Of a stretch of 64,000 nucleotides of DNA, positions 1 to 10,319 are shown in pieces. A model generated the notes under the pieces. It was not told the DNA's origin and made no database searches. It was given only the letters and a program-made list of their open reading frames with translations. The number at the start of each line of letters is the position of its first letter. Position 1 is the first letter of the stretch. This DNA is from Acidimicrobiia bacterium (GTDB taxonomy: Bacteria; Actinomycetota; Acidimicrobiia; Spongiisociales; ZC4RG35), in NCBI GenBank assembly GCA_041744375.1, contig JBGTLA010000049.1, positions 5,629-69,628 on the forward strand. Reading direction: 5' to 3'. A program made the position numbers and the translations under genes.

Positions 1-489
1 CTCCCGCTTCATGACGTAACGCAAGTGGATGCCGGTTTGTCTCGTCACGAACCGAGCCGGAAGAAGGTTGTCCACCACCGAGGTGTGACGAGACAAAACG
101 AGGATGGGGCCGGGCGGGACCACCTCCGTTCCCTCGGCGCGGATGTCCAAACCGAAAATCTGTTCTGTGGCGGCCAACAGTGTGGCCGCCCACCTGTCTT
201 GTATGGCGTAGGTCCTTGCCTTCAGCGCGCTGCTACCCGGCGAGGTTGCCCAGACCCAGCCCGCTGCCGCCAGCCCGAAGGTCTCGGCCACCAGGTACAC
301 GGTGGCGAAAGCCACCAGCCGGGTCGCCATGAAAGGGGTGCGCCGTCGGGCCCAGCGCAGGGCATCGACGATCAACGCCACTGGGATGGTCAATGGCAGC
401 AGCGCCGTCATAACCAGGGCGCCGATTACGACCGAAGGTATGGTCGTCAGCCGTCTCCGCCATCGGTCGGGGTCGGATGGCTCATGCAT
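1..489 (-). CDS. PlsC/LPLAT-family acyltransferase (1-acyl-sn-glycerol-3-phosphate acyltransferase-like), N-terminal part; runs off left edge
   Basis: Absent from the ORF track because it has no stop in the window. My minus-strand translation from ATG 489 is MHEPSDPDRWRRRLTTIPSVVIGALVMTALLPLTIPVALIVDALRW...GPILVLSRHTSVVDNLLPARFVTRQTGIHLRYVMKRE. It shows an N-terminal TM helix and the H(X)4D acyltransferase motif (HTSVVD). The frame is exactly 163 codons to position 1. The start overlaps the anti-sigma stop by 8 nt. Confidence 0.65.
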   Translation of the reverse strand, partial: MHEPSDPDRWRRRLTTIPSVVIGALVMTALLPLTIPVALIVDALRWARRRTPFMATRLVAFATVYLVAETFGLAAAGWVWATSPGSSALKARTYAIQDRWAATLLAATEQIFGLDIRAEGTEVVPPGPILVLSRHTSVVDNLLPARFVTRQTGIHLRYVMKRE

Positions 490-1180
490 CTGCGCTCCAC
501 ACTGCCACGGCCGGCTGACTGGAGACCGCCACACCTCCCGACTCCTCTTCGGTTATGACCAGAGCCTCCAGCTGGTCGGCGTCCACCCGGAACGGTGTGG
601 CGTGGGGATCGTCGGCAAGGAGCCCCGCCGATATCACCTCTCCGTCGAGGACAGCCCACAGTTGGTAAATGCGGTCGCCGGTGGGTGGACCGAGAGAAGA
701 GTGGGTCACGATTCCTCGACCGTCATCGGCGATGGTCACGACCGCCATCTCTTGACCATCGTTGTCGACGAGTATCAGCGTTTGACCCTCGAGGGCCTCC
801 GCCAAGACAGCGAAGTCCACGGTCTGATCATCCAGTGCCGCCTGGAGCTGGTCGACTTGGGAATTCAGGTCCATCACTCGCGTCGTCTGGACGCCAAACC
901 CGGCAACGACCGCCACCAGTGCCGCCACCAGCAACTGCCGGGCCCAACCGGGCTTCTTCGGCTCCACCGTCGTCTCGATCCGTTCCCACAGATCCGGAGA
1001 CGGTGGCTGTGCCGGCGGGAGGTGCTGCACAATTCGGATGTGGCTGTCCAACTCACGGCGGCACTCCTCACACCGGGATACGTGCTGTTCGACGAGCCGG
1101 CCTTCGTATGCCTCGGTCGCCCCAAGAGCGTGTACTCCCAAGAGTTCTTGGACTTCCCCGTGTTGACGTTCGTCGGTCAC
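482..1180 (-). CDS. Anti-sigma factor (zf-HC2 N-terminus, one TM helix, RskA-like extracytoplasmic domain)
   Basis: 232-aa ORF. It has the HVSRCEECRRELDSH zinc-binding anti-sigma motif, a TM segment ARQLLVAALVAVVAGFGV, and a C-terminal YQLWAVLDGEVISAGLL pattern typical of the anti-sigma-K RskA domain. There is a 4-nt overlap with the upstream sigma gene. Confidence 0.8.
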   Translation of the reverse strand: MTDERQHGEVQELLGVHALGATEAYEGRLVEQHVSRCEECRRELDSHIRIVQHLPPAQPPSPDLWERIETTVEPKKPGWARQLLVAALVAVVAGFGVQTTRVMDLNSQVDQLQAALDDQTVDFAVLAEALEGQTLILVDNDGQEMAVVTIADDGRGIVTHSSLGPPTGDRIYQLWAVLDGEVISAGLLADDPHATPFRVDADQLEALVITEEESGGVAVSSQPAVAVWSADA

Positions 1181-1749
1181 GCCACCGCGCCTCGGAGTTC
1201 GTCGTGGAGTCGACGAAGTCCGCTACGGATGCGGCTCTTGATCGTCCCTTCCGCCTCACCCAGCAGGGTGGCGACCTCCCGGTAGCTGTGGCCCCCGTAG
1301 TAGGCGAGCTCGATAGGACGGCGCTCCCTTTCGGGGAGGGCCTCGAGGGCGGTACGGACCGTCTCGCCCACGGTCATCTCGATGGCCTGTTCGTCGGTGC
1401 CGGCCGTTCCGTTCGGCGCCATCCATCCCTCGCGGTCTTCTCGGACGCGGCGCGCCGACTCGGACCGGATGAGATCGATCGAGCGACCCCGCGAATGTTG
1501 GAGAAGAAACGAGCGCAGACTTCCACGACCCGAATCGTAGGCGTGGGGACGGTCCCAAAGACGAACGAAAACCTCCTGGGTGGCTTCCTCGGCCAGACTC
1601 CGATTGCGGGTCAGCCGCAGAGAGAGGCCGAAGACGGCGTCGGCGTGGAGACGGTAGATGTCGGCGAGCGCCGACCGATCGCCTTCCTGCAGTCGTTCGA
1701 TGAGGCCTTGGTCGAGGTCGGCGGGAGATCGGATGGCTGCGAGCGTCAT
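1177..1749 (-). CDS. ECF (group 4) RNA polymerase sigma-70 factor, SigK-like
   Basis: 190-aa ORF. Region 2 (ADAVFGLSLRLTRNRSLAEEATQEVFVRLW) and region 4 (LEALPERERRPIELAYYGGHSYREVATLLGEAEGTIKSRIRSGLRRL) are recognisable. It is translationally coupled to the anti-sigma gene. Confidence 0.9.
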   Translation of the reverse strand: MTLAAIRSPADLDQGLIERLQEGDRSALADIYRLHADAVFGLSLRLTRNRSLAEEATQEVFVRLWDRPHAYDSGRGSLRSFLLQHSRGRSIDLIRSESARRVREDREGWMAPNGTAGTDEQAIEMTVGETVRTALEALPERERRPIELAYYGGHSYREVATLLGEAEGTIKSRIRSGLRRLHDELRGAVA

Positions 1750-1805
1750 TAGGGGAATTTAGTGCTAAATACATCTCCTGTCAACGTGACGGCAGGTCGA
1801 TGCAC

Positions 1806-1845
1806 CAAAACACGAAAAAGGTGGGTGGCCCGAGGGCCACCCACC
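1806..1845 (-). terminator. Rho-independent terminator of the betaine-binding-protein gene
   Basis: Perfect 11-bp stem GGTGGGTGGCC (1820-1830) / GGCCACCCACC (1835-1845) with a 4-nt loop. On the minus strand it is followed by TTTTTCGTGTTTT. It lies 28 nt after the stop at 1873. Confidence 0.8.
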
Positions 1846-1872
1846 TTGATAGAGCGATTCGGTAGAGTCGAC

Positions 1873-2871
1873 TCAACCCAGCCAAGACCGCCAGACGGAC
1901 TCGTTGTCAGCGATCCAGTCGGCCGCAACGTCCGCTGGATCGCGGCCATCGATTTCCACTCCCGGGAGCATCGAAAGCTGGTCATCGGTCGTTATCTGGA
2001 AGTTCTCCAGGAACGAGTAGACGTCGGGGGCCTTGTCGGCCAGAGAGGCCGAGGCGGCCTTGAAGAGCACGTCCTCGGGGTAGTCGCAATCGATGGCCTC
2101 CAGATCGGCGTAGCACTCGTCGGAGTACGCCGGCAACGGGATGTTGACGAGGTCGTACGTGGCCACCGCCGCCGTCGGGGTCCACCAGTACATGACGATC
2201 GGCTCTTGGGCGGCGGCGCGGGTGTCAAGTTCTGCAACGGTCGCCGGCTCCGAACCTGAGAAGACCACCTGAAGCGGAAGGTCGAGATTGGCGATGATGG
2301 CTTCGTCGTACTGTGAGTACGAGGGGTCGGTGCCGAGGAAACGGCCCAACGACCCGGTCTCGGCGGTGGCGAAGGCCGCCGCCACGTCGGGGTCCTCGAA
2401 GCCCTCCCAGGTCGCCAATGACGGGTACTCGTCGAGCACATAGCGCGGCACGAACCAGCCGATCTTGCCCACCGCCCCCAACTCGCCGATGTCGACGACA
2501 CTGCCGTCGTCGAAATAGGCCTGCTCGTCGGCGGTGACACCGGACGGCCAGATCTCCAAGGCCGCGTCGAGACTGCCGTCGCTCAACCCGGTGAACATGG
2601 TGTTTTCGTCGATGTCGACGATCTCAACCGGGTTTCCGAGCTCGCTCTCGATGATCTGAGCGGCGACCGCCACATTGAGGGCCGATGCCGTCCACGGGTT
2701 GACGACCAGGTTGATAGTCGGTAGATCGCCGGCCGGGGGGGCAGTGTCGGCAGGGGAGGTTGTGCCATCCGACGAAGCGCCGCCACACGCCGCCATGAGC
2801 AAGGCCAGGGCGACTATCGCCGTGATTGATTTTCGGGACATTGACTTTCGACCCAGTGAGTTGGGTTGCAT
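1873..2871 (-). CDS. opuAC: Glycine betaine/proline betaine ABC transporter substrate-binding lipoprotein (OpuAC/ProX family)
   Basis: 332-aa ORF with a lipoprotein signal (ALALLMAACGG). Aromatic-rich OpuAC-like body (NPWTASALNVAVAAQIIESELG, GWFVPRYVLDEYP). It is divergent from the proV-proW-betBA genes. Confidence 0.8.
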   Translation of the reverse strand: MQPNSLGRKSMSRKSITAIVALALLMAACGGASSDGTTSPADTAPPAGDLPTINLVVNPWTASALNVAVAAQIIESELGNPVEIVDIDENTMFTGLSDGSLDAALEIWPSGVTADEQAYFDDGSVVDIGELGAVGKIGWFVPRYVLDEYPSLATWEGFEDPDVAAAFATAETGSLGRFLGTDPSYSQYDEAIIANLDLPLQVVFSGSEPATVAELDTRAAAQEPIVMYWWTPTAAVATYDLVNIPLPAYSDECYADLEAIDCDYPEDVLFKAASASLADKAPDVYSFLENFQITTDDQLSMLPGVEIDGRDPADVAADWIADNESVWRSWLG

Positions 2872-2956
2872 GTGTTTCTTCCTTTACCGGCCGACCGACG
2901 GTCGCGGGCGAACCAGCCTCGCTACATTACCGATCCATGACCCTTGCACGCCGAGA

Positions 2957-3973
2957 ATGACCGACATCTGTCTGGACGTCCAGGGATGCTGGAAGGTGTT
3001 CGGTGCTCGACCAGAACGGGCCATGGCGATGGCCGACGAGGGGATGAGTCGAGCCGACATTCTCGATCAAACCGGAGCGACCATCGGTGTGCGCGACGTC
3101 TCGTTCTCCGTTGGTCGGGGAGAGACCTTCGTGGTGATGGGCCTGTCGGGCTCGGGGAAGTCCACGCTGGTGCGGTGCGTCGCCCAACTGACCGAGGTGA
3201 CCAGAGGGAAAGTCTTCCTGGACGGCGAGGACCTCGCAGCCATGGACCGGGGAGCGTTGCGAGAGGTCCGTCGGCGGAAGCTGTCGATGGTGTTTCAGCA
3301 CTTCGGTCTCTTCCCGCATCGAAGGGTGATCGACAACGTGGCCTACGGACTAGAGGTGCAAGGAGTGCCGAAAACCGAGCGGCGCGCCCGGGCGGCCGAG
3401 GTGCTGGAGGCGGTCGGGTTGACTGGCTGGGCTGAGCACTACCCCCAGCAGCTGTCGGGAGGTATGCAACAGCGGGTCGGGCTGGCCCGGGCCCTGGCTG
3501 TCGACCCGGAGGTGTTGTTCTTCGATGAGCCGTTCTCCGCTCTCGACCCCCTCATTCGGCGCGACATGCAAGACGAGCTCATCACTCTGCAAAGAGACAT
3601 GCAGCGGACAATCGTCTTCATCACCCATGACTTCGCCGAGGCCATCAAGCTCGGCGATCGGATCGCCATCATGAAGGACGGTGCCTTCGATCAGGTGGGG
3701 ACCGCGGCAGAGCTCATTGCCCAACCCGCCACCGCTTACGTGCGCGAGTTCACGACCGACATCCCCAAGGTGAAGGTGGTGACCGCCGGCGCCCTCGCCA
3801 CCGGGCCGGCCCCGGCCCGCAACGGGCGGCGCGTGTCAGAGCACGACACCGTCGAGAAGATCCTCCCGGCGTTGTTGGACGACCCGTCGCCGATCGAAGT
3901 TGTCGCCGACGACGGAGAGGTCCTCGGCTGCGTCGACCGCGCCGCCGTCATCTCACTCCTCACCACACCATGA
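2957..3973 (+). CDS. proV: Glycine betaine/proline ABC transporter ATP-binding protein (ProV/OpuAA)
   Basis: Walker A GLSGSGKST, signature LSGGMQQRVGLARAL, Walker B VLFFDEPFSALD, and a C-terminal CBS-like tail. The ORF-track start at 2675 overlaps opuAC, so I chose ATG 2957 (MTDICLDVQGCWKVFG). Confidence 0.85.
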   Translation: MTDICLDVQGCWKVFGARPERAMAMADEGMSRADILDQTGATIGVRDVSFSVGRGETFVVMGLSGSGKSTLVRCVAQLTEVTRGKVFLDGEDLAAMDRGALREVRRRKLSMVFQHFGLFPHRRVIDNVAYGLEVQGVPKTERRARAAEVLEAVGLTGWAEHYPQQLSGGMQQRVGLARALAVDPEVLFFDEPFSALDPLIRRDMQDELITLQRDMQRTIVFITHDFAEAIKLGDRIAIMKDGAFDQVGTAAELIAQPATAYVREFTTDIPKVKVVTAGALATGPAPARNGRRVSEHDTVEKILPALLDDPSPIEVVADDGEVLGCVDRAAVISLLTTP

Positions 3974-5883
3974 CGACCGCTGCTCCTCCAATGGGGAGCC
4001 TCACCGAGGCCGACACCGTCCGGAAGGCCATTCCCTGGGTGGTCCTCGTGGCGGGGGTGCTGACCCTCCAGCTCGGATTCGGGGGCCTGGCGTTCCCCAG
4101 GTCCTGGGACACCCTCATCTCGGGCCCGATCGACGACTTCCAGAGCTGGGCGCGAGCCAATCGGGGTACACACCCCTTGTTCACGGGTTTTTTCACTCCG
4201 ATCAGCCGGACGGTCGAGTGGGCGCTCTCGTCGGTCTCGGGGTTGCTGCGATCGCTGCCCTGGTTTGTCATCCCGGCCACGGTCTTCTTGGTCGTCGCTC
4301 GCACTCGACGCTTCGGCCAGGCTGTGGTGGCAGCGTTGATATCGGTGTACCCCGGGATGGTCGGTCTGTGGGTTGTCACGATGGAGACGTTGGCGCTCAT
4401 GTCGATCGCGGTAGCCATTGCCCTCATGATCGGGATCCCGCTTGGCGTGCTGGGTGCTCTGCGACCCCGTTTTGCGGCGGGGATCCGCCCGGTTCTCGAC
4501 GCCATGCAGACGATCCCCGCACCTGTCTACTTCATCCCGATGGTCCTCTTCTTCGGGATCCGGCGGGTCCCGGCCACGATCGCCACCGTCGTCTATGCCC
4601 TCCCGCCGGTGGTACGTCTCACCACTCTTGGGATCAGGAGAGTCGACTCGCAGGCCGTCGAAGCGGCGCGTGTATTCGGGTCCACTCCCCGTCAAACCCT
4701 TTTCAAGGTTCAACTCCCGCTGGCCTTGCCGACGATCCTGACCGGGGTGAACCAGACGATCATGATGGCCTTGGGCATCGTTGTCCTCGCCACGCTCCTC
4801 GGCGCCGGCGGGCTGGGTCAGGAAGTGATGGGGGCGCTCAATCAGCGCCGAACCGGGCGCGGTCTGGCCGCCGGTTTGGCCATCGTGGCGGTGGCGATGG
4901 TGCTCGACCGGGTGGGCAAAAGCTTCGCCGACACCGATCGCAGCAGACATGTCCCGGGGAGATGGCTCGGAGTTGGAGCCCTGGCAGTCGTGATCGCAGC
5001 CGTCGTGGGAAACACCCTCGGGGGAGCGCCCTTTCCCCAGATGTGGACGGTGGCGGCCTTCGACCCTGTCGACCGGGCCGTCCTGTGGGCACGTACCAAC
5101 CTTTCGTGGTTGACCCGCCCCTTCAACGACTTCATGGTGGCCGACATCCTCATCCCCGCCCGCGACGTCCTCATCGAGGTCGTGGCCTGGCCGGTGCTGA
5201 TCTTCGTCACGGGCTGGTTGTGCTGGCGTATGTCGGGTTGGCGCCTGGCCGTGGTCGCCGGCGCCCTATTGGCCACGGTTGGACTGATCGGTATGTGGGA
5301 GCTCACCGTCGAGACCCTCACCCATGTGGTGGCCGGAGTCGTGCTGTCCGTTGTCATCGCCGTCCCGGTGGGGGTGTGGGCGGGTCGCAACCCTCGGATC
5401 GAGGCGGCGATCGCGCCCGTGCTCGACGCCCTCCAGACCATCCCGTCGTTCGTCTACATCATCCCAGTGGTCATGCTCTTCACGATCGGAGCGGTGCCCG
5501 GAATCATCGCTTCCGTTCTGTACGCCGTCGTGCCCGGGATTCGGATCACCGCCCTCGGAGTGCGGGAGGTCTCCGACGAGAGCCTCGAGGCGTCGCGTAC
5601 CTTCGGGGCGACACCGCGCCAGACGCTGTTCGGCGTGCAACTTCCCCTCGCCGCTCCCACCATCATGGCGGGGGTCAACCAGGTGATCATGATGGTATTG
5701 GCCATGATCATTATCGCCGGGCTGGTGGGAGGAGGCGCCTTGGGCTTCGAGACCGTGCGCGCCGTGACTCGCGGCCAGACCGGTCTCGGCTTCGAGGTGG
5801 GTCTCGCCATCGTCACCATGGCCATCATCTTGGACCGCCTCACCCAGGCCTGGGCCGAACGCCTCCAGCCTCCCAGCCAATGA
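3970..5883 (+). CDS. proW: Glycine betaine ABC permease with two tandem ProW/OpuAB-type transmembrane domains in one chain
   Basis: 637 aa. Two homologous halves each carry a BPD-transporter EAA-like loop: [32 protein letters not shown] and [36 protein letters not shown] overlap with proV. Confidence 0.85.
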   Translation: MTTAAPPMGSLTEADTVRKAIPWVVLVAGVLTLQLGFGGLAFPRSWDTLISGPIDDFQSWARANRGTHPLFTGFFTPISRTVEWALSSVSGLLRSLPWFVIPATVFLVVARTRRFGQAVVAALISVYPGMVGLWVVTMETLALMSIAVAIALMIGIPLGVLGALRPRFAAGIRPVLDAMQTIPAPVYFIPMVLFFGIRRVPATIATVVYALPPVVRLTTLGIRRVDSQAVEAARVFGSTPRQTLFKVQLPLALPTILTGVNQTIMMALGIVVLATLLGAGGLGQEVMGALNQRRTGRGLAAGLAIVAVAMVLDRVGKSFADTDRSRHVPGRWLGVGALAVVIAAVVGNTLGGAPFPQMWTVAAFDPVDRAVLWARTNLSWLTRPFNDFMVADILIPARDVLIEVVAWPVLIFVTGWLCWRMSGWRLAVVAGALLATVGLIGMWELTVETLTHVVAGVVLSVVIAVPVGVWAGRNPRIEAAIAPVLDALQTIPSFVYIIPVVMLFTIGAVPGIIASVLYAVVPGIRITALGVREVSDESLEASRTFGATPRQTLFGVQLPLAAPTIMAGVNQVIMMVLAMIIIAGLVGGGALGFETVRAVTRGQTGLGFEVGLAIVTMAIILDRLTQAWAERLQPPSQ

Positions 5884-5923
5884 TCTACCCGAAATGCACC
5901 ACTTCGCCCTCGAGGATGCCGGT

Positions 5924-7369
5924 ATGACCCTTTTCATCCATGGCGAGCGTGTTGGTGCGACTTCGGGGGAGACCTTCGCGACTGTCAACCCAGCCACCGG
6001 GGAGGTGCTGGCGGAAGTCGACCATGCCGGACACGCAGACGTCCATCGAGCCGTGACGTCGGCTCGAGAGGGTTTCGGGGTGTGGTCGGCGATGACCGGG
6101 GCCGAGCGGGGACGGATCCTCAACCGGGCTGTGGCCATCCTCCGGGAACGCAACGACGAGTTGGCGAGGCTCGAGGTACTCGACACCGGCAAGCCGATCA
6201 CCGAGGCCCTCGAGGTCGACGTGGCCAGTGGCGCCGACTGCATCGAGTACTTCGCCGGGGTGGCCGCCTCCATCCATGGCGAGCACTTCACCCTCGGTGA
6301 CAACTTCGCTTACACCCGCCGGGAGCCCCTCGGGGTATGCGCGGGCATCGGCGCCTGGAACTACCCGCTCCAGATCGCCTGCTGGAAGTCGGCGCCGGCT
6401 CTGGCCTGTGGCAATTCGATGGTCTACAAGCCGGCCGAGCTCACTCCCCTCACGGCATTGGAACTGGCGGCGATCTATCGCGAGGCCGGAGTCCCACCCG
6501 GGGTGTTCAACGTGGTCCAGGGCGATGCCCGCACGGGGCGGGCGCTGGTCGCCCATCGCGGTGTGGCCAAAGTGTCACTCACCGGTGAGGTCGGCACCGG
6601 AAAGGCGGTGATGGCCGCCGCCGCCGAGACGCTCAAGGCGGTGACACTCGAGCTGGGTGGGAAGTCACCACTCCTCGTGTTCGACGATGCCGACCTGGAC
6701 AATGCCGTGTCGGGGGCGCTCTTGGGGAACTTCTACACCCAGGGCGAGGTCTGCTCGAACGGGACCCGGGTATTCGTCCACCGATCCGTCCACGACGAGT
6801 TCCTCGGGCGACTGGTCGAGCGGGTGGCCAAGATGACGATCGGCGACCCCCTGGATCCTGCCACGGACGTGGGCGCCCTCATTTCCCAAGACCATCTAGA
6901 CAAGGTCCTCTCTTATATCGACGCAGGTCGAAGGGCCGGGGCCCAGGTCGCCTGTGGCGGGGGCCGGCCGTCGGATCCCGAGTTGGCCAAAGGTTTCTTC
7001 GTGGAACCGACCGTATTCGTCGGGTGCACCGACGATATGGACATCGTGCGCCACGAGATCTTCGGACCGGTGATGGCGGTGCTCACTTTCGATACTGAAG
7101 ATGAGGTGGTGGCGCGCGCCAACGACACCCCGTTTGGGTTGGCGGCGGGCATCTTCACCCGAGACCTGTCACGCGGCCATCGGGTGGCGGCCCGCCTGGA
7201 GGCAGGGACTGTCTGGATCAACACCTACAACATCACGCCCATCGAGATGCCTTTCGGCGGCTACAAGCAGTCGGGAATGGGACGTGAGAACTCCCTCGCC
7301 GCCATTGAGCATTACACCCAGCGCAAGGCGGTGTATGTGGAAACCGGTGACGTGGACGCGCCCTACTGA
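5924..7369 (+). CDS. betB: Betaine-aldehyde dehydrogenase
   Basis: Collinear with E. coli BetB from memory ([55 protein letters not shown], catalytic Cys in [11 protein letters not shown]). ATG 5924 has a GAGGA Shine-Dalgarno 7 nt upstream. The ORF-track start at 5894 has none. Confidence 0.9.
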   Translation: MTLFIHGERVGATSGETFATVNPATGEVLAEVDHAGHADVHRAVTSAREGFGVWSAMTGAERGRILNRAVAILRERNDELARLEVLDTGKPITEALEVDVASGADCIEYFAGVAASIHGEHFTLGDNFAYTRREPLGVCAGIGAWNYPLQIACWKSAPALACGNSMVYKPAELTPLTALELAAIYREAGVPPGVFNVVQGDARTGRALVAHRGVAKVSLTGEVGTGKAVMAAAAETLKAVTLELGGKSPLLVFDDADLDNAVSGALLGNFYTQGEVCSNGTRVFVHRSVHDEFLGRLVERVAKMTIGDPLDPATDVGALISQDHLDKVLSYIDAGRRAGAQVACGGGRPSDPELAKGFFVEPTVFVGCTDDMDIVRHEIFGPVMAVLTFDTEDEVVARANDTPFGLAAGIFTRDLSRGHRVAARLEAGTVWINTYNITPIEMPFGGYKQSGMGRENSLAAIEHYTQRKAVYVETGDVDAPY

Positions 7370-9006
7370 TGACTGACATCTACGACTACGTGATCGTGGG
7401 AGGGGGCTCGGCCGGTTCGGTGCTGGCCAACCGGCTGTCGGTGCAGCCCACCAACAGGGTGCTGGTGCTGGAAGCAGGACGGACCGATTTCCGCTGGGAC
7501 GTGTTCATCCACATGCCGGCCGCTCTCGCCTTCCCCATCGGCAGCCGTTTCTACGACTGGCGCTACCAGTCGGAGCCGGAGCCGCACATGAATGACAGAC
7601 GCATCTACCACGCCCGGGGCAAGGTCCTGGGTGGATCGTCGTCGATTAATGGGATGATCTTCCAGCGGGGAAACCCGATGGATTACCAACGGTGGGCGGC
7701 CGACCCCGGGATGGAAGGGTGGGACTACGCCCACTGCCTGCCCTATTTCAAGCGCATGGAGACGTGCCTGGCCGGTGCCGACGATTACCGAGGTGGCGTG
7801 GGGCCACTGGTGTTGGAGCGGGGGCCCGCCTCCAGCCCGCTCTTCACCGCCTTCTTCGAGGCGGCCCAACAGGCCGGGTACTCCCTGACCGACGATGTCA
7901 ACGGCTACCGCCAGGAGGGGTTCGCTCCTTTCGACCGCAACGTCCACAGGGGTCGGCGTCTCAGCGCCGCACGTGCCTACCTGCATCCGGTCATGGGCCG
8001 TCCCAACCTCGAGGTGGTGACCAGGGCGATGGCAACCCGCATCAGAATGGCGGGAAATCGCGCCACCGGTGTCGACTACACCGTGCGAGGCCGGCCGCGC
8101 ACAGTGTCGGCGGGAGAGGTCATCCTGTGCGGCGGAGCCTTCAACTCGCCACAGCTCTTGCAGCTGTCCGGTGTGGGAGATGCCGACCACCTCAGATCAG
8201 TGGGTGTGGAGCCCCGTCACCATCTGCCCGGCGTGGGCCGCCATCTGCAAGACCACCTCGAGGTCTACATCCAGCACTCATCCACCCAGCCCGTGTCGGT
8301 GGCTCCCTACATGGCCTGGCACCGACGCCCGGGAGTGGGGTTGCAGTGGCTCTTCCGGCGCGGTCCCGGCGCCACCAACCACTTCGAAGCCGGGGGTTTC
8401 GTTCGCAGCAACCCCGACGTTGCCTACCCCAATCTGATGTTCCACTTCCTCCCGATCGCCATCCGGTACGACGGCTCATCTCCGGCCGGGGACCATGGAT
8501 ACCAGGTCCATGTCGGTCCCATGTACTCGGACGCGCGCGGGACGGTCTTGATTCGCTCCGACGACCCCCGCGCCCACCCGGCGATCCGGTTCAACTACCT
8601 CTCCACCGACCAGGACCGCCGCGAGTGGGTGGAAGCCGTCGAGGTGGCACGTTCCATCCTCGGTCAGGATGCCTTCGCCCCCTACTCCGGTGGAGAGATC
8701 TCACCCGGACCGGATGTTTCCACTCCCGCCGAGATCTTGGGGTGGGTGGCGCGTGACGCCGAGACCGCTCTCCATCCGTCGTGCACGGCGCGCCTGGGCA
8801 CCGACGAGATGTCGGTCCTCGACCCGACCACGATGGGTGTTCACGGGTTGGAGGGCGTGCGGGTGGTCGATGCCTCATCGATGCCGTATGTCACCAACGG
8901 CAACATCTACGCCCCGGTGATGATGCTGGCCGAGAAGGCCGCCGACATGATCCTCGGCATCGAGGCCCTTCCCCCTCTCGAACTCGACTGGTACCGGGCC
9001 ACTTGA
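7369..9006 (+). CDS. betA: Choline dehydrogenase (GMC oxidoreductase)
   Basis: 545 aa. FAD-binding [20 protein letters not shown] and GMC signatures ([18 protein letters not shown]; C-terminal HPSCTARLG active-site region). Its start overlaps the betB stop (TGATG). Confidence 0.9.
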   Translation: MTDIYDYVIVGGGSAGSVLANRLSVQPTNRVLVLEAGRTDFRWDVFIHMPAALAFPIGSRFYDWRYQSEPEPHMNDRRIYHARGKVLGGSSSINGMIFQRGNPMDYQRWAADPGMEGWDYAHCLPYFKRMETCLAGADDYRGGVGPLVLERGPASSPLFTAFFEAAQQAGYSLTDDVNGYRQEGFAPFDRNVHRGRRLSAARAYLHPVMGRPNLEVVTRAMATRIRMAGNRATGVDYTVRGRPRTVSAGEVILCGGAFNSPQLLQLSGVGDADHLRSVGVEPRHHLPGVGRHLQDHLEVYIQHSSTQPVSVAPYMAWHRRPGVGLQWLFRRGPGATNHFEAGGFVRSNPDVAYPNLMFHFLPIAIRYDGSSPAGDHGYQVHVGPMYSDARGTVLIRSDDPRAHPAIRFNYLSTDQDRREWVEAVEVARSILGQDAFAPYSGGEISPGPDVSTPAEILGWVARDAETALHPSCTARLGTDEMSVLDPTTMGVHGLEGVRVVDASSMPYVTNGNIYAPVMMLAEKAADMILGIEALPPLELDWYRAT

Positions 9007-9019
9007 CTGCCGTGTGTGA

Positions 9020-10279
9020 TCACTGGCCGGGCCAGTCCAGCAGGGTGACGGCCAGCACCTTGGCGACCTGCGCCACCTCGGCGATGGAAACCCGTTCGTC
9101 CACGGTATGGGCGTGTTTGACGTCGCCGGGGCCATAGAGGACGGCCGGCATGCGGGCGTCGTTGACGTAGAAGCGCAGGTCCGATCCGTAGGGGACGCCA
9201 TGCAGTCCCATTTCGCCGCCCACGACCCGGCTATGAGCCCGTCCCAGTGCCGAGACCACCAGAGAGTCCACCGGGGTCTCGGCAGGTGCGAACTGGCCCT
9301 CCACCCAGCGGACTATGGGCGGATGAGCAGAAAGCCAGGTGTCGGCGGAGGCGGAATCGCTCACGACACTCTCGAACTCGCGGCGAGCCTCGATGACGGA
9401 CTCTCCGGGGAGCACGCCGTAGCGCCCGGACGCGACGAGGCGCTCCGGCACCGTCGAAATCCAGTCACCGGCCGCCACCATCCCCACGCTGATAGGGGCG
9501 GCGAGAAAGCCCGAGCGGTACAGGGGATGGTCCATTCTTGCGTTCCTCTTCGTTTCCAGCTCGTGGATGGCGGCGAGGAGGCCGGTGAACTTGTTGATGG
9601 CGCTCACCCCGTGCTGGCGCATGGCGCCGTGGGCCGCCTTGCCCTCTACGTCCAGCTCGAAGCTGAGGGCACCGGCCCCTACCGGGCAGATCTCACCCCG
9701 AGTCGGCTCGAGAACGATGGCCGCGTCCCCCACGTGTCCCCGCACCACGCTCGACAGGGTCCCAACACCCCCGGTCTCCTCACCGATCACGCTGGCGAAG
9801 AGAACGGACACATCGAGCCCACACCCGACTGTGGCGATCGCCCGCAATGCCGCCCAACCGGCGATGAGGCCCCCCTTCATGTCGCACGATCCCCGGCCCC
9901 ACACGCAGCCGCCCTCGATCTCGGCCGACCAGGGGGGATGGCGCCATCTCTCTTCCGCCCCAGCCGGCACTACGTCGATGTGTCCGTTGAGCACCACCAC
10001 CGGACTGCCGGAACCCATTCGACCGACCACCACCCGTCGCTCGCCCAGTGGGAGCCCGTCGTCGCTGAACGACGGATGTCCCGCTACCTCGGCGTGTGTT
10101 GGGGTGAAAGTCTCGACCGTCAGCCCCGCCTGTCGGAGTAGATCGGCCATGTGCAGCTGTGCCCGGTTCTCGTCGCCGGTGACACTGGGGATGCGCACGA
10201 GTTGGCGCAGTGCCTCGACGGTTTCGCCCATCTGTGCGTCGATGGTGTCGAGGACCACACCGACGGGGTTACTCGTCAT
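9020..10279 (-). CDS. M20 family metallopeptidase (ArgE/DapE/ACY1-like deacylase)
   Basis: Motifs LNGHIDVVP, GRGSCDMKGG and GEETGG, plus a C-terminal YGSDLRFY..GPGD..AHTVDE. ATG 10279 is preceded by AGGAG. The longer TTG start at 10312 is less likely. Confidence 0.8.
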   Translation of the reverse strand: MTSNPVGVVLDTIDAQMGETVEALRQLVRIPSVTGDENRAQLHMADLLRQAGLTVETFTPTHAEVAGHPSFSDDGLPLGERRVVVGRMGSGSPVVVLNGHIDVVPAGAEERWRHPPWSAEIEGGCVWGRGSCDMKGGLIAGWAALRAIATVGCGLDVSVLFASVIGEETGGVGTLSSVVRGHVGDAAIVLEPTRGEICPVGAGALSFELDVEGKAAHGAMRQHGVSAINKFTGLLAAIHELETKRNARMDHPLYRSGFLAAPISVGMVAAGDWISTVPERLVASGRYGVLPGESVIEARREFESVVSDSASADTWLSAHPPIVRWVEGQFAPAETPVDSLVVSALGRAHSRVVGGEMGLHGVPYGSDLRFYVNDARMPAVLYGPGDVKHAHTVDERVSIAEVAQVAKVLAVTLLDWPGQ

Positions 10280-10319
10280 GGGCTGCTCCTGTTTGTGCTC
10301 ATATCCCCCCAAGAGGCCG

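Noticed and set aside
595-1752. 385-aa plus-strand ORF over the sigma/anti-sigma genes
   Set aside because: It is antisense to two genes with diagnostic ECF sigma and zf-HC2 motifs.
3900-5927. 675-aa plus-strand ORF in an alternative frame over proW
   Set aside because: It is frame-shifted relative to the double ProW permease, which has duplicated EAA loops. The alternative translation is Arg/Gly/Pro-rich and has no TM helices.
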